Of a DNA stretch of 64,000 nucleotides, positions 56,017-64,000 are shown in pieces. A program made the translations under genes and the position numbers. Below the pieces are notes generated by a model. It searched no databases, was not told the DNA's origin, and worked only from the letters and a program-made list of their open reading frames with translations. Positions within the stretch are counted from its first letter, which is position 1. Every line of letters begins with the position of its first letter. The stretch comes from Chloroflexota bacterium (GTDB taxonomy: Bacteria > Chloroflexota > UBA11872 > VXOZ01): positions 2,720,001-2,784,000 of the forward strand of contig OY760183.1 in NCBI GenBank assembly GCA_963663275.1, read 5' to 3'.

Positions 56017-57072
56017 ATGCCATTCAACTACGAGTACCCCCAACGCATCCGCGCCGGCTTCATCGGCTGCGGCAAGCACGCCTATCAGAGCATTCTGCCC
56101 AGCTTCCAATATGCGCCGGTGGAGTTGGCGGCCGTCTGCGACCTCATCCCGGAACGCGCCCAATTCTGCGCCCGGCAGTTCGGCGCGCCGCGCTGGTACA
56201 CGGATTACCACGCCATGCTGGCGCGGGAAGAACTCGACGCCGTCTTCGTCGTGCTCAATCACGATGAAGCGGGGCGGCCCCAGTACGCGCCGGTAGCCAT
56301 CGACGTGCTGCGCGCGGGCGTTCACGTCTGGATTGAGAAGCCGCCGGCCTCCACGCTAGCGGAGATCGAGCGGATGCAAGCGGCCCGCGACGCGGCGCGG
56401 CGTTTCGTCCAGGTCGGCTTCAAGAAGCCCTTCTACCCCGCCATCCAGCACGCGAAGAAACTGATGAACCAACCGGCGTTCGGCGCGCCTACTTCCGCCT
56501 ACGTCCACTACGCCGTGAACCTGCCGCCGGCTGCGGGACGGCCCCATAGCCGGGCAATGATGCGCTTCCTCCAAATCGGCTGCCACCCGCTCTCGATCCT
56601 CCAGTTTCTGCTCGGCGCGCCGCGCACGCTCTACTTTGCCGATGAAGCGCGCGGCGGCAGTTCGCTCGGCGTCTTCACGTTCGCCAACGGCAGCATCGGC
56701 TGTCTGCACCAGGCCGCGGGCAAAGGCGAACACGCCCCGTGGGACCGGGTGGAGGTGAACGGCGAGGGCGCGTCGCTGGTGGTCGAGAACGGCATCGACC
56801 TCACCTACTACCCGCCGGGCGCGCCCCGCTCGCCGGACACGTTCGTCAGCGAGGACGCCGACGCTCCCCGCCGCTGGCTGCCCGACTTCTCCCACGGCCG
56901 CCTCGCCAACAAGGGCCTCTTCCTGCTCGGTTACGCCCCGGAAATCATCGCCTTCGCCGAAAGCGTGCTCACCAACACGCCGCCCCAAACGGCCACCCTG
57001 GAAGACGCCCACGACGTGATCCGCATGTACCTCGGCTACACCCAACCGGCGGGACAGGTGATTGCGCTCTGA
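56017..57072 (+). CDS. Gfo/Idh/MocA oxidoreductase
   Basis: GFIGCGKHA and IEKPP motifs. Confidence 0.88.
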   Translation: MPFNYEYPQRIRAGFIGCGKHAYQSILPSFQYAPVELAAVCDLIPERAQFCARQFGAPRWYTDYHAMLAREELDAVFVVLNHDEAGRPQYAPVAIDVLRAGVHVWIEKPPASTLAEIERMQAARDAARRFVQVGFKKPFYPAIQHAKKLMNQPAFGAPTSAYVHYAVNLPPAAGRPHSRAMMRFLQIGCHPLSILQFLLGAPRTLYFADEARGGSSLGVFTFANGSIGCLHQAAGKGEHAPWDRVEVNGEGASLVVENGIDLTYYPPGAPRSPDTFVSEDADAPRRWLPDFSHGRLANKGLFLLGYAPEIIAFAESVLTNTPPQTATLEDAHDVIRMYLGYTQPAGQVIAL

Positions 57073-57075
57073 ATC

Positions 57076-58035
57076 TCACACCGGCGGCGGTGCCGGCGGC
57101 AGGTCGTAGTCGCGCGCTTCCAAGTCCATAATCCGCGCCATCTCGTCAGCGGTCATATGCTTGCCGCTTGACGCGCGCACGTTGTCCTCCACCTCGGCCA
57201 CGGTCATGGCCCCGGGAATCACGCCGTTCACACCTGGGGTCGCCAGAACGAATTGCAACGCCGCCTGCGTCATCGTTCTCCCATTCGTGAGGAACCGCAG
57301 TTTCTCTACCCGCGCCAGCACCGCGTCGATGAAGGCCGGTGAGAACAAGCGCCGGTCGTCATGGTCGTCGAAGGCTGTTTTGCGCGTAATCGCCCCGGTG
57401 AGAAATCCAAAGTAGAAGCTCTCCCGCGCGATCACGCCCACGTCTCTTGTCTCAGCCAACGGGAACAGTTCTTGAGCGGGCAACGTGTACAACAGCCGGT
57501 AGGCCTGCTGGATGACGTCCACCTCGCCCTGCTCGATGAGGCGCATCGCCAACGGAATGCCCTCGTCCTCCGACATGACCGAGAAACCCGTCGCCCGGAT
57601 CTTGCCCTGTTCCTTCAAGCGGACGAGCGCTTCCAGGCCGTCGTCACGGTAGAGTTCCTCATCGGGACTATGCAGCATGTAGATGTCGAGATAGTCGGTG
57701 CGCAGGCGGCACAGGCTCTGCTCCACCTCGCGCATGACCGTCGCGCCGGAATAATCGAAGTTCCGGCGTCCGCCGGGAAACATGCCGACCTTCGTCGCCA
57801 ACACGACCTCGTGGCGGCGTCCCGCGATCGCTTTGCCAATGACCTCTTCGCTTCTGCCGTTGCCATAGATAGGCGCGGTATCGATGTGGTTGACGCCCAG
57901 TTCCAGCGCCCGCAGAATGGCGCGCCGCGACTCCGCGTCGTCCGCGCGCCCGTAGCGGTCGCCGCCCATCCCCCACGTTCCCAGCCCCACCTCGGAAATG
58001 CGTATGCCCGTTCTGCCTAACGTCCGATACTCCAT
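57076..58035 (-). CDS. Aldo/keto reductase
   Basis: DTAPIYG.G.SE, ATK, TDYLDIYMLH. Confidence 0.92.
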   Translation of the reverse strand: MEYRTLGRTGIRISEVGLGTWGMGGDRYGRADDAESRRAILRALELGVNHIDTAPIYGNGRSEEVIGKAIAGRRHEVVLATKVGMFPGGRRNFDYSGATVMREVEQSLCRLRTDYLDIYMLHSPDEELYRDDGLEALVRLKEQGKIRATGFSVMSEDEGIPLAMRLIEQGEVDVIQQAYRLLYTLPAQELFPLAETRDVGVIARESFYFGFLTGAITRKTAFDDHDDRRLFSPAFIDAVLARVEKLRFLTNGRTMTQAALQFVLATPGVNGVIPGAMTVAEVEDNVRASSGKHMTADEMARIMDLEARDYDLPPAPPPV

Positions 58036-58262
58036 GACCCGTCCTCTCCGGCGCAGTTTTGTTCGTGGCGTCTATTCTCATACATCGTACTGCCGCAGTC
58101 CATGAGTCAATTCTGTTCATTCGCCGTCACTTTCGACTAAAGTGATTGAACAGAGCAGCCGAACACAGTTATTCCCTCACTCGCATTCGACACGCGCCTG
58201 GGCTTTCCGGTATTCTGGTGCTGGCATTTCTCGTAATCGGTCAAGGTTCGGTTTCTCAATCG

Positions 58263-59432
58263 ATGAAGATTCACGAATTTCAGGCGAAAGACATTCTGGC
58301 GGAGTACGGGCTGCCGATTCCGCCCGGTCGGGTGGCGAGCACGCCGGAGGAGGCGCGGGCCGCGGCGGCGGCAATGGGCGGCATGGTGGTCGTCAAGGCG
58401 CAGGTGCTCGTGGGCGGGCGCGGCAAGGCCGGCGGCGTCAAGCTGGCCGCCACGCCGGACGAAGCGGCGGAGAAGGCTGCGGCCATCCTCGGCATGGACA
58501 TTAAGAGCATCACCGTGCGGCGCGTCCTAGTTGCCCAAGCCGTTGACATCGCGGAGGAGATTTACCTCGGCGTCATCCTGGACCGCGCGTCCAAAGCCAT
58601 CACCATCATGGCCAGCGCCGAGGGCGGCGTGGAGATCGAGGAGGTGGCGCGGGAGACGCCGGAAAAAATCCACCGCATCCACGTGCACCCGCTGGTCGGC
58701 TACGCCGACTACCAAGGCCGCCAACTGGCCTTCGACGTGGGCATTCCGCCGGAGTTGAGCCGGGACTTCGCCCGCATCGTGCGCGCGCTCGTGCAGGCGC
58801 TCACCGAAAACGACGGCGAGTTGGTCGAGATCAACCCGCTGGTCGTCACCGCGGACGGCGCGTTGCAGTGCATCGACGCCAAGATCAACCTGGACGACAA
58901 CGCCCTCTTCCGCCACAAGGCGCTGGCGGAACTGCGCGACCACGCTGAAGAAGAGCCCGCCGAACGCGCGGCGCGGGAAGCGGGCTTGTCGTTCGTCAAG
59001 CTCGACGGCGCCATCGGCTGCGTCGTCAACGGCGCGGGCCTCGCCATGGCGACCATGGACACGATCAAATTGAGCGGCGGCAGTCCGGCTAATTTTCTCG
59101 ATATTGGCGGCGGCGCCCGCGCCGAAAGCGTGGCGGACGCGCTGCGCATCATCCTCGACGACGAAAACGTGAACGCCATCCTCTTCAACATCTTTGGCGG
59201 CATCACCCGCTGCGACGAGGTGGCGCGGGGCATCGTCAGCGCCTTGCCGTCGCTTTCGCGCCCGGTGCCAATGGTGGTGCGTCTCGTCGGCACCAACCAG
59301 GAAGAGGGACGCGCCATCTTGCGAGAAGCGGGCCTGGTGGCCGCCGACACCATGCAGGCCGCGTCGCGGGAAGTAGTACGGGTGGCGGGCGCGCCGCAGG
59401 CGGAGTCCTTGCCAGAGGCGGAGTCGTCATGA
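58263..59432 (+). CDS. sucC: Succinyl-CoA synthetase beta subunit
   Basis: [30 protein letters not shown]. Confidence 0.96.
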   Translation: MKIHEFQAKDILAEYGLPIPPGRVASTPEEARAAAAAMGGMVVVKAQVLVGGRGKAGGVKLAATPDEAAEKAAAILGMDIKSITVRRVLVAQAVDIAEEIYLGVILDRASKAITIMASAEGGVEIEEVARETPEKIHRIHVHPLVGYADYQGRQLAFDVGIPPELSRDFARIVRALVQALTENDGELVEINPLVVTADGALQCIDAKINLDDNALFRHKALAELRDHAEEEPAERAAREAGLSFVKLDGAIGCVVNGAGLAMATMDTIKLSGGSPANFLDIGGGARAESVADALRIILDDENVNAILFNIFGGITRCDEVARGIVSALPSLSRPVPMVVRLVGTNQEEGRAILREAGLVAADTMQAASREVVRVAGAPQAESLPEAESS

Positions 59433-60301
59433 GCATCCTGGTTGACGAAAACACCCGCCTGCTCGTGCAGGGCATCACTGGACGGGAAGGCAGCTTTCAT
59501 ACCGAGCAGATGGCGCGGTACGGCACGCGCGTCGTGGCCGGCGTGACGCCCGGCCGCGGCGGACAGACGGCCTGCGGCGCGCCGGTCTTCAATACCGTCG
59601 CCCAGGCCGCACGGGAGACCGGCGCGAACGTCTCGATCATCTTCGTGCCCGGCCCGTTTGCGCCCGACGCCATCATCGAGGCGGTGGACGCCGGCATTCC
59701 CTTCGTGATCTGCATCAGCGAGCACATTCCCGTGCAGGACATGCTGCGCGTGTATCATTATGTAAATATCAAAGGCGCGCGCTTGCTGGGGCCGAATTGC
59801 CCCGGTCTGATTTCACCGGGCAAGGCCAAAGTGGGTATCATGGCGGGCGATATTCACATTCCCGGCCCCGTCGGCGTCGTCAGCCGCTCCGGCACGCTCA
59901 CGTACGAGGTCGTTTCCCATCTCACTGGGCAGGACGTCGGCCAATCTACGGTTGTCGGCATTGGCGGGGATCCGGTCGTGGGCACGGGCTTCATCGACGT
60001 GCTGCGCCTGTTCGAGGATGACGCCGAAACTGAGGCGGTGGTCATGATCGGCGAAATCGGCGGCACCGACGAAGAGGAAGCGGCACGTTTCATAGACGCG
60101 CACATGACCAAGCCGGTGGTCGGCTTCATCGCCGGCCGCACCGCGCCACCGGAAAAGCGGATGGGACACGCCGGCGCGATCGTCTCCGGCGGCGTCGGCA
60201 CGGCGGAGTCCAAGATCGAGGCGCTCCAAGCGGCGGGCGTGGCCGTGGCGGACTTCCCCCGCCAAGCGGCCCTGCTGGCGGCAGAGCGCATAGAGAAGTA
60301 A
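59429..60301 (+). CDS. sucD: Succinyl-CoA synthetase alpha subunit
   Basis: [27 protein letters not shown]. Confidence 0.96.
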   Translation: MSILVDENTRLLVQGITGREGSFHTEQMARYGTRVVAGVTPGRGGQTACGAPVFNTVAQAARETGANVSIIFVPGPFAPDAIIEAVDAGIPFVICISEHIPVQDMLRVYHYVNIKGARLLGPNCPGLISPGKAKVGIMAGDIHIPGPVGVVSRSGTLTYEVVSHLTGQDVGQSTVVGIGGDPVVGTGFIDVLRLFEDDAETEAVVMIGEIGGTDEEEAARFIDAHMTKPVVGFIAGRTAPPEKRMGHAGAIVSGGVGTAESKIEALQAAGVAVADFPRQAALLAAERIEK

Positions 60302-60477
60302 TGCAGGAGAGGCCCCAGACGCTACTGAAATCTCCGCATTAACATGAGCCGCAGGCGATAAGTTCCCTCTCCCTGGGGGAGAGGGCTAGGGTGAGGGGAA
60401 GACCGTGGAAATCCCAGCGCAGTTATGCGCACCGCGAAGAATTAGGCGATTGCATCCAACGGGAGTACAGTGAACCT

Positions 60478-61791
60478 ATGTCACTCTTACTTGGCGCGGC
60501 ACAGCGCAAAATCACACCGCCGCTCGGCACGCACATGGCTGGCTACTACCACGTGCGCCCGGCGGCCGCCGTGCACGACGATCTTTTCGCCCGCGCGCTG
60601 GTGATCGACGACGGCAAGACGGCAATCGCGCTCGTTACCTGCGACCTCGTGTCCATCCGGGAAGAGAGCGTGGTCAACGCGCGGCGGCAGGTAGAGGCAG
60701 CCACCAGCCTCCCGGGCGCGAACGTGCTCGTTTGCTGCACCCACACCCACACCGGCCCCATCACCCGCGGCGACCGCAGTTCCGCCACGTTCGGCAGCAT
60801 GAGTGAATCGTATATGGCAACGCTGGAGGCGCAAATCGCCGCGGCGGTCACGGAAGCCTGGGAGACGCGCGCTTCCGGCGCGCTGCGCATCGGCAAGGCG
60901 CAGGAAACGCGCATCGCCTTCAACCGCCGCTTCCACATGCGCGACGGCAGCGTCAAGACCAACCCCGGCAAGAACAACCCCGACGTCGTCGAGCCGGTCG
61001 GCCCGATCGACCCGGACGTCTACGTGCTGCTGGCGGAATCCGACCAGGGCGATCCAATCGGTGTGCTCGTCAACTATTCGCTCCACGCCGATACCACCGG
61101 CGGCGACCACATTTCCGCCGATTACTCCGGCTGGATGGAGAAGCATCTCAAGAACATGTCGCCGGAACTCGACGACGCCGTGCTGCTCTACGCCAACGGC
61201 TACTGCGGCGACATCAACCACGTCAACGTGAATGACCCTGATCAACTGAAGGGCTTTGCGGAATCGGAGCGCATCGGCCGCGCGTTGGCGGAAAGCGCCA
61301 CCCAGGCGCTCTCGCAACTGGCGCCGGTGGAGGGCGAAACCGTGCACGCCGCCCAGCGTATCGAGGCCCTGCCCGCCGTCGTTCCGACAGAAGAGGATGT
61401 CGCTTGGGCGCAGGAAGCGGTGGCCGCCGCGCCGATGGGAGGCGGTCCCGGTAGGGACGACCTCGTAAAGGCCCACCGGGACCTCGCGCTGGTGGAATTG
61501 AACAAACAGGAGTTCGACACCGAAGTCCAGGTGCTGGCCGCAGGCAACGTGGCGTTCACGGCGCTGCCCGGCGAGATTTTCGTCGAGTTGGGGCTTTCAA
61601 TCAAAGAGGAGTCGCCGTTCGCGCACAATCTGCTGGCGGAACTCGCCAACGGCAACCTGGGTTACATTTGCACGGAAGCGGCCTATCCGCAGGGCGCGTA
61701 CGAGCCGACGTCCAGCCGCGTGCTGCCGGGCTCCGGCGAGCAACTCGTCCGCGCCGCGCTCGACTTGCAGCGCGGGATCGCCGCGCGCTGA
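60478..61791 (+). CDS. Neutral/alkaline ceramidase-like amidohydrolase
   Basis: ITPP.G..MAGY, HDDLFARA, THTHTGP, NRR, ISADY, GDIN, PGE, GAYE. Confidence 0.8.
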   Translation: MSLLLGAAQRKITPPLGTHMAGYYHVRPAAAVHDDLFARALVIDDGKTAIALVTCDLVSIREESVVNARRQVEAATSLPGANVLVCCTHTHTGPITRGDRSSATFGSMSESYMATLEAQIAAAVTEAWETRASGALRIGKAQETRIAFNRRFHMRDGSVKTNPGKNNPDVVEPVGPIDPDVYVLLAESDQGDPIGVLVNYSLHADTTGGDHISADYSGWMEKHLKNMSPELDDAVLLYANGYCGDINHVNVNDPDQLKGFAESERIGRALAESATQALSQLAPVEGETVHAAQRIEALPAVVPTEEDVAWAQEAVAAAPMGGGPGRDDLVKAHRDLALVELNKQEFDTEVQVLAAGNVAFTALPGEIFVELGLSIKEESPFAHNLLAELANGNLGYICTEAAYPQGAYEPTSSRVLPGSGEQLVRAALDLQRGIAAR

Positions 61792-61808
61792 CGTGAGCGT
61801 CATCCGCA

Positions 61809-62196
61809 GGAGGCTTTAGCAAGGCCTCGCGGAGAGGCAAACAGTTCCCTCTCCTGGGCTGACAGGGGTAGGCAAGTGTCATTCCGAGCGGAGCGAGGAA
61901 TCTAGAAGAGACATTTTTGCAGGGAAAGCCTTAGATTCCTCTCTCCGCTGCGCTCCGCTCGGAATGACACGTGAAGTCGGATGTAGAGTGCCTACCCCTG
62001 TCAGCCTCTCCTGGGGGAGAGGCAAACAATTCCCTCTCCTGGGGGAGAGGGTTAGGGTGAGGGGAGATTGTGGGGCAAGTCGTGCATAAACCTTGCGGAA
62101 TGGGGCCGAGCCGGCGAGGATTCCCCCTCACCCCGGCCCTCTCCCCAGGGAGAGGGAGTTGCAATGTGGGCCGACTGGAGTTACGCAAAGGTCTCC
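61809..62196. mobile_element. MITE-A variant containing nested MITE-B (61856-62007)
   Basis: Outer ends GGAGGCTTTAGC / GCAAAGGTCTCC flanked by GCA/GTA; inner TIR GGGCTGACAGGGGTAGGCA / TGCCTACCCCTGTCAGCCT with CTCCT on both sides. Confidence 0.8.
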
Positions 62197-62419
62197 GTAG
62201 GGCACATTCCCGCGCCGTCGCTTGACAGCGGGAAGTTTGCGAGACCAACGGCGCCGGCCGCGCCTGCTGTATTGATACGCGCCGTTGGTATATAATTGAG
62301 AAAGACTATAGAATAGTAGTTTGGCGCCGTTGCGCCGCGCCGGTAGCGGCATCTCCTTGGCTGACGCCGGCGCTTGCGGGACCGCATGAGAACGTTGCAG
62401 GAAGTAAAGCAAACGAACC

Positions 62420-64000
62420 ATGACGAGAAACGATCTAGTCGTCCGTGTCGCCGGTGAGGCCGGCGAAGGCATTCTTTCCACCGGCATGCTGCTCACCCAA
62501 GCGGCGTTGCGGGGCGGCTTCCACGTGCTTACCTATTCCCAGCCGCCGTCGGAAATCAAGGGCGGGCACGCCTTCTACCAGATCAGGCTGAGCGCGGACC
62601 ACTCCTACAGCAAAGGCGATTCCGTCGATATTCTGCTCGCCTTCAACCAGGAAGCCTACGACCGCAACGCGGCCGAAACCAACGACGACGGCCTCTTGGT
62701 TTACGACCCGTCGGAAGTCACGCCGTCCGCCGACAGCCACTTCGTGCAGGTGGAGTTTCCGCTCAACGACATCGCCAAGAACAAGCTCAAGTTCCCCATC
62801 GCCAAGAACGTGGTGGCCGTGGGCGCGCTGGCGGAGCTTTTCGATCTGCCCACCAAGCACCTGGATACCCTCATCGAGGAACGCTGGCTGCGCAAGGGCG
62901 AGGCGGTGGTGCAGAAGAACCTGGACGCGCTGCGGGCCGGCATCGACTACGTTATCGAGCACGTCCCCGACCGCGAGCGCTTTGCCCTCTATCCGGACAA
63001 GCCCCATTCCGGCGAAATCATGGTGAGCGGCAGTGAGGCGATCGGGCTCGGCGCGATTGCCGCCGGGTGCAGTTTCATGGCCGGCTATCCGATTACGCCC
63101 GCCAGCGACATCAAAGAGTTCCTGGAAGTTCACCTGCCGAAAACCGGCGGCCACGCCCTGCAAGCGGAGGACGAACTCGCCGCCATCGGCATGGTGCTGG
63201 GCGCGTCCTACGCCGGCGCAAAGGCGATGACGGCCACCTCCGGCCCCGGCTTCAGCCTGATGATCGAGATGCTCGGCCTGGCGGCCATGGCGGAACTTCC
63301 CTGCGTCATCGTGGACGCCCAGCGCGCCGGGCCATCCACCGGCATGCCCACCCGGCACGAGCAGGGCGACCTCTACCAGGCCGCGTTTGCCGGTCACGGC
63401 GAGTGTCCGCGCATCGTGCTGGCCCCTACCTCAGTCGGCGACGCCTTCTACCAGACCGTCAACGCTTTCAACCTGGCGGAAAAGTACCAGACTCCCGTCA
63501 TCCTGCTGGGCGATACGCTGCTCAACGTCCGCTCCGAGAGCATTCCCCGGCCAAACCTGGACGAAGTCCAGGTGGAAGACCGCGTCCTGTTTTCTGAGAA
63601 CGGCAACGGCCGCATGAACGGCGAGTACAACCGCTACGTGCTCACCGAGGACGGCGTCTCTCCCATGTCCATACCCGGCCAGGCCGGCGGGCAGTACATT
63701 GCCACCGGACTCGAGCACAACGAAGAGGGCCTGCACCGGTATGACGAAGCGACCCACACTATCATGACCCAGAAGCGCTTCCGCAAGCTGGAACGCGCCG
63801 CCCTGGAAGCGCCGGCGCCGGACCGTTTCGGCGATCCTACGGCTGAGGTCGGCATTCTCACGTGGGGTTCCACCGTAGGCTCGGTCATAGAAGCGATCCG
63901 GCGCGCGGAGGCGGAGGGCCTGAGGCTCGACATGCTCGCGCCCAAGATGCTGATGCCGCTGCCGGACGCGCAACTGCGCCCCTTCATCGAGAGCAAACGC
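62420..64000 (+). CDS. 2-oxoacid:ferredoxin oxidoreductase alpha subunit (gamma-alpha fusion, KorA-like), truncated by window end
   Basis: Not in ORF track. MTRNDLVVRVAGEAGEG..., EIKGG, GYPITPAS, QAEDE, TSGPG, QRAGPSTGMPT; near sucCD. Confidence 0.92.
   Translation, partial: MTRNDLVVRVAGEAGEGILSTGMLLTQAALRGGFHVLTYSQPPSEIKGGHAFYQIRLSADHSYSKGDSVDILLAFNQEAYDRNAAETNDDGLLVYDPSEVTPSADSHFVQVEFPLNDIAKNKLKFPIAKNVVAVGALAELFDLPTKHLDTLIEERWLRKGEAVVQKNLDALRAGIDYVIEHVPDRERFALYPDKPHSGEIMVSGSEAIGLGAIAAGCSFMAGYPITPASDIKEFLEVHLPKTGGHALQAEDELAAIGMVLGASYAGAKAMTATSGPGFSLMIEMLGLAAMAELPCVIVDAQRAGPSTGMPTRHEQGDLYQAAFAGHGECPRIVLAPTSVGDAFYQTVNAFNLAEKYQTPVILLGDTLLNVRSESIPRPNLDEVQVEDRVLFSENGNGRMNGEYNRYVLTEDGVSPMSIPGQAGGQYIATGLEHNEEGLHRYDEATHTIMTQKRFRKLERAALEAPAPDRFGDPTAEVGILTWGSTVGSVIEAIRRAEAEGLRLDMLAPKMLMPLPDAQLRPFIESKR

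Noticed and set aside
62268-62296. Promoter for the 2-oxoacid oxidoreductase (TTGATA...TATAAT)
   Set aside because: Perfect -10 but only a 13-nt spacer to the best -35, so not called
1-64000. Autonomous transposase, integrase, tRNA or rRNA
   Set aside because: None recognised; the MITEs must be mobilised in trans from elsewhere

Overview
High-GC bacterial chromosomal window; gene content and repeat families suggest a Chloroflexota-like heterotroph (inference only). About 45 protein genes are supportable. They include a sugar ABC transporter, many catabolic oxidoreductases and hydrolases, and a selenocysteine formate dehydrogenase locus (mobA, Sec-fdh with in-frame UGA plus SECIS, NuoEF fusion, Fe-S subunit, fdhD) whose catalytic subunit is split and permuted. 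Also present are a membrane-tethered ECF sigma/beta-propeller fusion, a split MetE pair, an AcpS fusion, a decaying HicB/HEPN-MNT cassette, sucCD and a 2-oxoacid:ferredoxin oxidoreductase alpha subunit. Two features stand out. (i) An archaeal-style Mre11-Rad50-NurA-HerA cluster carries an extra stand-alone HAS-barrel-like gene and a CX6C hook. (ii) At least four MITE families built from REP-like palindromes occur, three of them inserted into other palindromes with visible target duplications, and the palindromes also sit in frame inside the repair genes. No rRNA, tRNA, CRISPR array or transposase was recognised. Product calls come from motif recognition by eye, not database searches.
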